From SAR202 cluster bacterium (GTDB lineage Bacteria > Chloroflexota > Dehalococcoidia > Lucifugimonadales > VGZY01): a stretch of DNA of 64,000 nt. The position numbers and the translations under genes are program-made. The notes beneath the pieces were generated by a model that saw only the letters and a program-made list of their open reading frames with translations, was not told the origin of the DNA and searched no databases. The stretch is from assembly GCA_016872355.1 (NCBI GenBank), contig VGZY01000005.1, positions 6,547 to 70,546 on the forward strand, in the 5' to 3' direction. Shown here piece by piece: positions 55,216 to 63,086 of the stretch (the stretch's first letter is position 1; each line of letters starts with the position of its first letter).

Positions 55216-57780
55216 TCAGTGCGCAGCCGGCGAAGTGACAGGCATTCCCTCCGCTTCGCCTGTCCCGACGCCGTCAGGGACCTTCGGCCCCTTGCGGCGC
55301 AGGAGGCTGTAAATCACCGGCACGACGACGAGCGTGAGGAATGTGGACGTTATCAAGCCGCCCACGACCACCGTGGCGAGCTCCGCGCCGATAATGCCGG
55401 AGCCGCCGCCGGTCAGGCCCAGGGATAACGGCAGCAAAACAAAGACCGTCGTCAGCGCCGTCATCAGTATCGGGCGGAGGCGCGTGCGCCCGCCCTGTAC
55501 CAGGGCATCCCGCAGTGTCAGCCCGCGCTTGCGAAGGTCCTCTACGAACGCAATCAGCACAATGGCGTTCGTCACCACCAGGCCTATCAGCATCAGGATA
55601 CCCATCAATGCCGGCAGGCCGAGCGCCCGCTGGGTGACGAACAGGCCGCCGATCGCGCCTATGGACGCCAGCGGCAGGCTCACGATGATCACGAAAGGCG
55701 ATACGAACGACCGCTGCGTGACAACCATGATCACGTACACGAGGACGATGCCCGCCAGCATGGCGATGCCCATCTGGGCGAACGCCTCGTTCATATCCTC
55801 GAACACGCCGCCGGTCGCCAGCTCCACGCCCGGCGGCAGCCCCGCGGCGTCCGTCGTCTTCTTTACCTCGGCCTGCAGGGCCTGGGGGTTCTTTGCGGTG
55901 ATCGTCCCCGAGATTGTTATCGCCCTTCGACCGTCCACGCGCTTGACCGGCGTCATCCCCTCGAAGCCCGGCGCGGGCGCGATTCCGTCGTGCGCCACGT
56001 TCTCCGTCCCCTCCAGCTTCGCGATCTCGGCCGTCAGGGTGTCGGCTGCCGCGCTCATCCGGGCGTAGTCTTCGCCCAGCAGTGTCAGCTCCAGCAAGTT
56101 CCCGCCGAAGCCGTCCGCATCCGTTTTCGTCACGGTGATGCTGCGGGATGGTCCCGGCAGTATTGTTTCAAGCTCGTCCGCGATGGCATCGGCGTCCGCG
56201 CCTTCGACAAGGGTGACCTGCACGGATGCGGAGTCGGAGCGGGTCCCGCCTGCGCCGAACTGTGTGGAAGCCCCGTAAGTAGACTGGTAGACTTCCACGT
56301 CTCCACGCGCCTTCAGCGCGCCGAGCACGCCCTCAACCTCACTGAGCTGGGCCATGACCTGGCCGGAGTCCTGTGCCCCGGGTACGGTCACGTTGACATT
56401 GAGAACGACGTTGCCTGAGCTTGGCAAGAAGCTCATGGGCACCAAGGCAGTGAGCGCCAAACTGCCAATAAACAGCGCGCCGGCTATCGACAGCGTCAGC
56501 GCCTTGTGTTGCAGCGCCCAGCTGAGTATCCCCGTGTAGGTACGCTCCATTCGCCCGCCATGCTGCTTCTCCGTCTTTGTGATAAGCAGCGTTCCGAGCA
56601 CCGGCGTGATGGTGAGCGCCACCACGAGCGAAGCGACCAGCGCATAGGTGATGGTGAGCGCGAAGGGGACGAATATAATGCTGATGAATCCGCCGATGAG
56701 TGCAAGCGGCGCGAACACGGCTATGGTTGTCAAGGTGGACGCCGTGATCGGCATCGCAACTTCGCGCGTCGCGTTGAGTGCGGCCGTGCGCCTGTCCTCT
56801 CCCATCTGGATATGGCGGTACACGTTCTCCATGACCACTATGCTGTCGTCCACCACCCTGCCGACGGCGATCGCCAGTCCGCCCAGCGTGAGAATGTTCA
56901 GACTCATGCCTTGCCACGCCATCGCGATGAACGCTGCGAAGATGCTGACTGGTATTGAGACGGCGGTCACGATCGTCGGCCGCACACTCAGCAGGAACGA
57001 AAAGATGATAATCACCGTAAGGACTGAGCCGATGACGACGTCGCGCGTGAGGTCGTTTATCGCGTGCTCGACGTCCGGCGCCTGGTTCAAGACCTCGACA
57101 AGCTGGATGTCCTGCGGCAGGGTTGGCGAGATGATCTCCAGCCGCTCCGTGACGCGGTTGGCAACGTCCACGGTGTTCGCATCAGGGTGCTTGAGCACGC
57201 TGATCGGGATGCTGGGAAGTCCGTTGGTGCGGGTAATGGAGAGGCCGCTGCCGGCGCCCAGCGGTGCCTCCGCGCTGTACACGCCCTCCACGCTCTGTAT
57301 TGCGGGGAGAATGCGATCGTTTATGATCCCTTCCAGGTCCGCAAGGTCTCTCTCGCCCAGCACGCTAAGCTGGATGATAGGGAATTCGTCGGGGTTGATA
57401 CGCGCGACGCGTGCAGGCTGCACGCCCTGGGGAAAGCTGATCGCGTTGACCTTCCTCTCGATCTCCGCTTGTAGCGCCTCCATATCCACGCCGAAGTCAG
57501 ACTCAATAATGATCTGTGACAGCGAGGGCGCCGAAATGGTGGTTACCCTCCCGGCCTCCCCAACGTCATCCAGCGCCCGTTCGATTGGGATGGTGACGTC
57601 GTTAAGCACGGTTTGCGCGTCCGCCTCCGGATAGAAGACGGCGACAGTTACAAGAGGGAAGTCGAAGTCGGGAAGGAGCTCAAGCTGTAACTTGCTTAGA
57701 CTGAATGCCCCTCCGGCGATGACTGCGGCTGTGAGAACGAGTGTGAGGACTCTCGCGCGGAGCGCAAGACGTGTAAGCAT
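55216..57780 (-). CDS. RND-superfamily efflux permease, short form (854 aa)
   Basis: 12-TM AcrB-like layout with GRVVDDSIVVMENV and the C-terminal repeat. Both extracytoplasmic loops are only about 217 aa. Confidence 0.9.
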   Translation of the reverse strand: MLTRLALRARVLTLVLTAAVIAGGAFSLSKLQLELLPDFDFPLVTVAVFYPEADAQTVLNDVTIPIERALDDVGEAGRVTTISAPSLSQIIIESDFGVDMEALQAEIERKVNAISFPQGVQPARVARINPDEFPIIQLSVLGERDLADLEGIINDRILPAIQSVEGVYSAEAPLGAGSGLSITRTNGLPSIPISVLKHPDANTVDVANRVTERLEIISPTLPQDIQLVEVLNQAPDVEHAINDLTRDVVIGSVLTVIIIFSFLLSVRPTIVTAVSIPVSIFAAFIAMAWQGMSLNILTLGGLAIAVGRVVDDSIVVMENVYRHIQMGEDRRTAALNATREVAMPITASTLTTIAVFAPLALIGGFISIIFVPFALTITYALVASLVVALTITPVLGTLLITKTEKQHGGRMERTYTGILSWALQHKALTLSIAGALFIGSLALTALVPMSFLPSSGNVVLNVNVTVPGAQDSGQVMAQLSEVEGVLGALKARGDVEVYQSTYGASTQFGAGGTRSDSASVQVTLVEGADADAIADELETILPGPSRSITVTKTDADGFGGNLLELTLLGEDYARMSAAADTLTAEIAKLEGTENVAHDGIAPAPGFEGMTPVKRVDGRRAITISGTITAKNPQALQAEVKKTTDAAGLPPGVELATGGVFEDMNEAFAQMGIAMLAGIVLVYVIMVVTQRSFVSPFVIIVSLPLASIGAIGGLFVTQRALGLPALMGILMLIGLVVTNAIVLIAFVEDLRKRGLTLRDALVQGGRTRLRPILMTALTTVFVLLPLSLGLTGGGSGIIGAELATVVVGGLITSTFLTLVVVPVIYSLLRRKGPKVPDGVGTGEAEGMPVTSPAAH

Positions 57781-57863
57781 TTCTGTTTCCTGTTGGATCG
57801 GTCCGTTTCGGCAAGGTGGCGCGAAGGTTCGGGCTTTTCAGCGTGGCGTTCGGGAAGGGGTTG

Positions 57864-58343
57864 CTATGCGTCTCGCCCCGGCACGGCCGGATTGGGCTCA
57901 GCTTTTCGCTCGCTCATCGACCAGTGGAGTATACGCATTGCCTCGGCGACGGTCTGAAGCTCGGAATTTCCCAGGCGTCCGAATATCCCCTCGGAGTCGA
58001 TCAGCCAGGACTCGCGAAGCCTGCGGGCAAGCTGCAGGCCCTGGTCCGTGAGCTCGCACAGCACAAGGCGGCGGTCGGCAGAGTCCACACGGCGCTCCAC
58101 CATGCCTGCCTTGAAGAGCTTGTCAATCAGGTTCGTCGCGGCGGGCAGCGTCACACCCAGCGCCTGGGCAATGGCGCTCATGGTCGCCGGCTGCTCGTGG
58201 AACAAAAGGAACAGCACTTTGAGCTGGCCGAAAGTCAGGTCCTGCTCAATCCACGCGCCGATGTGCCGCCTGGACGATGCCCGCATCATCCCTTCCCGGA
58301 GGGCATGGATCTCGTCTATAAGCCTTCTTCTATCGTCAGCCAT
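57864..58343 (-). CDS. MarR family transcriptional regulator
   Basis: Winged-HTH LTFGQLKVLFLLFHEQPATMSAIAQALGVTLPAATNLIDKL...DSADRR. Confidence 0.9.
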   Translation of the reverse strand: MADDRRRLIDEIHALREGMMRASSRRHIGAWIEQDLTFGQLKVLFLLFHEQPATMSAIAQALGVTLPAATNLIDKLFKAGMVERRVDSADRRLVLCELTDQGLQLARRLRESWLIDSEGIFGRLGNSELQTVAEAMRILHWSMSERKAEPNPAVPGRDA

Positions 58344-58374
58344 TTCCCCTGCCGGTCAATTTACTTTATGGACG

Positions 58375-58387
58375 CTTAATAATTAAG
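58375..58387. promoter_or_regulatory. 13-nt AT-rich palindrome upstream of marR (candidate operator)
   Basis: CTTAAT-A-ATTAAG, 32 nt upstream of the MarR start codon. Confidence 0.35.
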
Positions 58388-58507
58388 ACTATCGTGTTAG
58401 CACCAAGATATCAAATGCCAGCACCCTGGTGGCGGCACGTAGCGGGCGCCGCGCGTGGCCACAGTGTATTATAATTGCTGGCGCCATTCCAGCGTCGGAG
58501 CGGCGGT

Positions 58508-59617
58508 ATGATGCGCATCGAGCAGTTGGACCTGTACCTCGTTGAAATGCCTCTCATTTCTCCCTGGCGCACGGCGTACGGCGAGGATGCTTCTTCGTTT
58601 TCCATCCTGGTGAGGGCGATTGGCGAGGGACGGGAAGGGTGGTCGGAGTCCGCCCCTCTGGGCGCGCCAACCTACCTCCCGGAGAGCGCCGGAGCAGCCT
58701 TCTACCACGCGTCCGAGATATTCGCCTCACATGTCGTCGGTCGGGATTACGCGACGGCCAGGGACCTCAACTCAAGGCTCGCCGTCTTCAAGGGAAACGG
58801 CTTCGCGAAGGCGGCCGTCGAAATGTCGTGGTGGACGCTCGAATGCGCGCTGAGGGGCGTCCCGTTGCATACGCTCCTGGGCGGACCGCTGCGAGAAGTG
58901 CCGGTTGGCGCGGCGTTCGGGATCGAGGACTCCATCGACGCGCTGCTTCGGAAGATCGGAGATGCCCGGGCGGCGGGCCACCCGTGTGTGAAGCTGAAGG
59001 TAGCGCACGGCTGGGACCTGGAGATTGTACGCGCGGCCACATCCACGTTCCCAGGGATGCAGTTCCACATAGACTGCAACGCGGGGTACACGCTGGACGA
59101 CCTGCCGTTCTTCAAGGCCATCGACGGCCTTGGGCTGGCGTTCATTGAGCAGCCGCTCCATTACGCCGATGTCATCGACCACGCCGAGCTGGCGCGGCAG
59201 ATACGGACGCCGGTGTGCCTGGACGAGTCGATAGTGAGCGTGAAGTCCGCCGAACAGGCGATCAAGGTTGGGGCGTGCAGCGTCATCAACATCAAGCCCG
59301 CCCGCGTCGGCGGCCTCGCGAGCGCGGTCGCGATCCACGACATGGCGCGCAACGCCGGCATCGCCTGCTGGGTCGGCGCGATGTTCGAGGGCGGGATCGG
59401 CACTGCCATCGGCGTGGAGCTCGCCACGCTGCCCGGCTTCACCCACGCGGCGGACCTCACCCCGCCGAGCGTCTTCCTGGCCGCGGACGTGGCGGACCGG
59501 CCCGTAGAGCTCACCCCGCGCATGACCTTCCTGCCCACTCGGGGCGCTCTGCCCGCGCCGGACCCCGCCGCGCTGGCCCGCCTTACCCGCGCAAGCAAGA
59601 CTGTGCGACCTCCCTAG
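58508..59617 (+). CDS. Enolase-superfamily enzyme (o-succinylbenzoate synthase / N-acylamino-acid racemase subgroup)
   Basis: Trimmed to ATG 58508 (GGAG upstream). MMRIEQLDLYLVEMPLISPWRTAYG, VKLKV, IDCNAGY, IEQPL, LDES metal/acid-base motifs. Confidence 0.85.
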   Translation: MMRIEQLDLYLVEMPLISPWRTAYGEDASSFSILVRAIGEGREGWSESAPLGAPTYLPESAGAAFYHASEIFASHVVGRDYATARDLNSRLAVFKGNGFAKAAVEMSWWTLECALRGVPLHTLLGGPLREVPVGAAFGIEDSIDALLRKIGDARAAGHPCVKLKVAHGWDLEIVRAATSTFPGMQFHIDCNAGYTLDDLPFFKAIDGLGLAFIEQPLHYADVIDHAELARQIRTPVCLDESIVSVKSAEQAIKVGACSVINIKPARVGGLASAVAIHDMARNAGIACWVGAMFEGGIGTAIGVELATLPGFTHAADLTPPSVFLAADVADRPVELTPRMTFLPTRGALPAPDPAALARLTRASKTVRPP

Positions 59618-60648
59618 AGCGAGTCCTCGCCCCCGGTCAGCCACTCCAGATTGAACTGCGCGAGACGGATCGCCTCGCGGCGGTGGTAGTTGCCGCGCTC
59701 GTACAGGCACGCTATTGTGCCGTCCGGGGCTATCGCGAGGTCGGAGTAAGAGGAAGGGCCGGCGTGCAGCACCCGCGAGACGGGCCAGGAGCGGCATTCG
59801 TCGTAACTCAGGCGGACGGTCATAGTGTTTCGCTCAACGGACGCTGGGTTGGCGAACAGCACTCGGCTCTTGCCGTGCCCGGCCGCAGTTGTGTAGCGCA
59901 ATACGCTGGCCTGGCACACCGGGTCCGGGAGCGGCTCCACTTCCGCTGCCTTTGACCACGTCAACCCGCCGTCCGCGCTCCAGGCCTCCACACGTCGCCT
60001 GGCGTCCTTCCGTGAGGGGCGCATCGACATTTAGGTTCGGCCATCCTCGCTCTCCACAGCCATGCACTCGTCCGTCCACGGCGCTATGTCTGCGCCCGCC
60101 TTCCACGTCGCCCCGTGGTCGTCGGTGTACACGACGTGGCTGCGGAATAACGGCCAGCCCTGGCGAGTCCCCTGGCGGTGGTCGCTGGGGACGATCAGCC
60201 GCCCGGACCGGGCCTGGATGCCGTGTCCCGGTCCTGTGCCGTACCACGTCCAGCCCGCTGGCTTGACATCGCCGGTTATCTCGCGCGGCGCGGCCCAGGA
60301 AACGCCGTCATCGTCGGAGTGCATAACGAAAACCCTGTCGTTGTCCCAGCAGTACACCAGCCAGACCCGGCCGGTGTCCCGGTCCACAATCGGGCAGGGG
60401 TTGCCGATGGTGTGCTCTCCGTCCGAGTGGACGACGCTCATCGCTCCCCAGGACGCCCCTCCGTCCATGCTTCGCCGGAGGACGATGTGGATCTCGCCCC
60501 AGTCCGAGTGGTCGTACTTCCTTCCCTCGCAGAAGGCAAGCATCGTCCCGCGCGGCGTCGTCACCAGCGCCGGGATCCTGTAGGTGTGGTACCCATCCAG
60601 GCCCTGGGCGAATATCTCCGTCTCACGGAACCACGGCCGGTTACTCAT
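59614..60648 (-). pseudogene. GH33 exo-alpha-sialidase (BNR/Asp-box) split by an in-frame TAA (60031-60033)
   Basis: YRIPAL (RIP motif). Asp boxes SMDGGASW, SDDDGVSW, TDDHGATW upstream of the stop and SADGGLTW downstream. The two track ORFs (60031..60648 and 59614..60030) are contiguous in one frame: ...GRT TAA ATG SMR... Confidence 0.85.
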
Positions 60649-60761
60649 GGCTTTACCTCGTGGGCGCCATTCTAACAGCAGCCTGACGGAGCAACAATCG
60701 GAGCAAAATGACCGCCTGAAGGTGATAAACTGCGAGGACGATTCTTATTTGAGAGGCGGAT

Positions 60762-61868
60762 ATGGGCACGTCTACTCTTCCCTCATGGGTCACATGGCCG
60801 GGCGACGACTGGCAGCAGATCACTCCTGAGGAGGCCGGGCTGGACCCGGCGCGATTCAAGGCGTTCCTGGACGGACTGGACGTGCGACCCGGGTCATTCG
60901 GCGGGGAGGACCATAGCGGGAACAGATACGGCGCGGTTATTACGCGCGGCGGCTACCTGGTCCACTCCTGGGGCGACAGGCACTACCGCTACCAGACCGC
61001 CTCCGTCGGCAAGGCGCTGTCCTGGCCCCTCATAGGCTTCGCAGTGGAGGACGGCCTCCTGGACGCGGACCAGCCGATCAACCGCTACTGGACGGGCGAT
61101 GGCGAGCTCTCGCACCCTCACAAGCACCTTGACAAGGGCTTCCACAAGAACCTGACCTGGCGCCACATCATCGGCCACAAGCACGGCGCCGTTCACCATG
61201 GCGGCTTCCCGATGGAGGTGGGCAATCGCTGGCGGGAGAAGCGCACCGGCCTGGAGGAGCCCAATGTCGTCGACGGCGTTGTCGAATGGGCCAGGTGGAC
61301 CGGCGACCCGTTTTATGACCTGTATTCCCACGCGGAGCCGGGCACTCTGGGCGTCTACAGCAGCGCCGGCTTCTGGCGGCTGGGACAGGCGCTCACGCAC
61401 GTCTGGGACCGCGACCTCAAGGACGTGATCGACGAGCGGCTCTTCAGCAAGATCGGCATCCCGGCGGACCGCTGGGACTGGCTCACCGGCGAGTACGTGC
61501 ACAAGCAAAAGTACCTGTACCCGAAGCTGCCGGACACCTACACGTACCTGGACCCGCCGTACCGGGTGAAGGGCCACGTCGTCCGCAGCGGACCCGGCTG
61601 GGTGGTCATCAGCGCGTCGGACTGGGCCAGGGTAGGGCACCTCATCGCCTGCGGCGGCGTATGGAACGGCAAGCAGATCATCGACCCGCAGTGGCTTCGC
61701 ACGCACAGCGGCGGCAACAAGTGCGGCATGTACGGCGAGGGCGACCACTTCACAGCAATGGGCGTGGTGACGACCGCCGGGCTTGAGTACCCGTACAAGT
61801 CTGTCGGCAAATCGTTCATCCCTGAAGAGGTCTTCACCGGCCCCGTCCGCGTGAAAGCCCGGCGCTAG
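60762..61868 (+). CDS. Serine hydrolase (beta-lactamase/transpeptidase-like fold)
   Basis: S-x-x-K motif in YQTASVGKALSW. 368 aa. No signal peptide. Confidence 0.7.
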   Translation: MGTSTLPSWVTWPGDDWQQITPEEAGLDPARFKAFLDGLDVRPGSFGGEDHSGNRYGAVITRGGYLVHSWGDRHYRYQTASVGKALSWPLIGFAVEDGLLDADQPINRYWTGDGELSHPHKHLDKGFHKNLTWRHIIGHKHGAVHHGGFPMEVGNRWREKRTGLEEPNVVDGVVEWARWTGDPFYDLYSHAEPGTLGVYSSAGFWRLGQALTHVWDRDLKDVIDERLFSKIGIPADRWDWLTGEYVHKQKYLYPKLPDTYTYLDPPYRVKGHVVRSGPGWVVISASDWARVGHLIACGGVWNGKQIIDPQWLRTHSGGNKCGMYGEGDHFTAMGVVTTAGLEYPYKSVGKSFIPEEVFTGPVRVKARR

Positions 61869-61886
61869 TTATTAAGGAGTCCCCCA

Positions 61887-62912
61887 ATGCAGTCCGCGAT
61901 GTTCATGTATACCTGGGACCTGCGAGACGAGGGTATCGACGCCGTCCTCGGCCGCGTTCGCGGCTGGGGCGTGGACGCCATCAGCCTCGCGGCCTCATAC
62001 CACGGCGGGTACGTCGTCCACCCTCACAACCCGCGCCACAAGGTGTACATGATCGAGGACGGCACAGTCTATTTCCACCCGCAGCAGCGGTATTTCGCCG
62101 ACACGCCACTCAAGCCCAAGGTGGCGGAGGTCGCTCGCGACGTCGACTGGTTCGCGGCGGCCGGCCAGCGGCTGGACCGTTACGGCATGAAGCTGATCGC
62201 CTGGACGGTCTGCTTCCACAACACGCGCCTGGGATTGCTGCACCCCAATGCGACGGTGCAGAATGTCCTGGGCGACTCCTACCCCCACGCACTCTGTCCC
62301 TCGAACGAGAGCGCCCGGCTGTACGCCCGCGGCCTTTGCCGCAACCTGGCGACGGAGTATCCGATCCACGCGATCCAGATAGAGGCCACGTCCTTCGGCG
62401 GCGCATTCCATGACCATCACCACCAGGGCTACGCGACGGTTATGGAGCCGGTGGAGTCGTGGCTGATGTCGCTCTGCTTCTGCGAAGCCTGCCGCAAGCA
62501 GGCCTACGTGCGCGGAGTGGATATCGAGTCCGCGGCAGAGGCGGCGCGCGCGCACCTGACGACGTTTTTCAGCACGGCTCCCGTGCGCCAGGCCGGCCTT
62601 GCGAATACGAAGCAGGAGTTGCTGGAGCGCGTGCCTGCGTTCACCGCGGTCGAGGCGATGCGGCGGGAGGTGGAGATCAGCCTGTACCAGCAGATCAGCG
62701 CCCCGTTTCGCGGTGGATTTCGATCTGCCAACCGGCAATTCATAGAACCGCTCCCGATCCGCCGGATAGACCCCGCCGCAGGTCCGGAAGTCCAGCTACG
62801 TGATGCAATCGTCGCCAAAGTCCGTCGCATGCTAGAGCTCAAGGAACGGCTTGGCCCTCTTCGCCACCTCCTTACGAGCGAGCGGGACGACCTGCAGCGC
62901 AGCATTGAATAG
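61887..62912 (+). CDS. Hypothetical protein (TIM-barrel glycosidase-like?) whose last 53 codons derive from a DNA-methyltransferase tail
   Basis: SD AAGGAG 8 nt upstream. The N-terminal 288 aa have no family I can name. The C-terminus LPIRRIDPAAGPEVQLRDAIVAKVRRMLELKERL... matches the C-terminal consensus of type IIG/BREX methyltransferases. Confidence 0.55.
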   Translation: MQSAMFMYTWDLRDEGIDAVLGRVRGWGVDAISLAASYHGGYVVHPHNPRHKVYMIEDGTVYFHPQQRYFADTPLKPKVAEVARDVDWFAAAGQRLDRYGMKLIAWTVCFHNTRLGLLHPNATVQNVLGDSYPHALCPSNESARLYARGLCRNLATEYPIHAIQIEATSFGGAFHDHHHQGYATVMEPVESWLMSLCFCEACRKQAYVRGVDIESAAEAARAHLTTFFSTAPVRQAGLANTKQELLERVPAFTAVEAMRREVEISLYQQISAPFRGGFRSANRQFIEPLPIRRIDPAAGPEVQLRDAIVAKVRRMLELKERLGPLRHLLTSERDDLQRSIE

Positions 62913-63002
62913 GTGGACTTTGAGATAGACAACCTTATCTACGAGCTTTACGGTCTGACGGCAGAAGAGCGAAAACTGGTTGCAAGCGCGACTACAGAAT
63001 AG
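62751..63002 (+). pseudogene. Fossil of a type IIG RM / BREX PglX-like methyltransferase C-terminus (84 codons with an internal TAG)
   Basis: LPIRRID...VAKVRRMLELKERL...DDLQRSIE TAG VDFEIDNLIYELYGLTAEERKLV... The (I/L)D.LVYELYGLT.EE tail is the hallmark ending of these enzymes. Confidence 0.55.
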
Positions 63003-63086
63003 GCATCTACCTAATAAACGGCGGACCAACCCTGTATCTCCGGCACGGCCTAAAGGTTCGGCCCTATTTCACGGCGCGAGGCCCTC

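Noticed and set aside
50469-62912. Stop-codon reassignment (for example pyrrolysine at TAG, or an alternative genetic code) as the cause of the in-frame stops.
   Set aside because: TAG, TAA and TGA all terminate many well-delimited genes in this window at positions matching family lengths. Two different stop codons are involved, and no pyl or suppressor tRNA genes are visible. Pseudogenisation or sequence error is more parsimonious.
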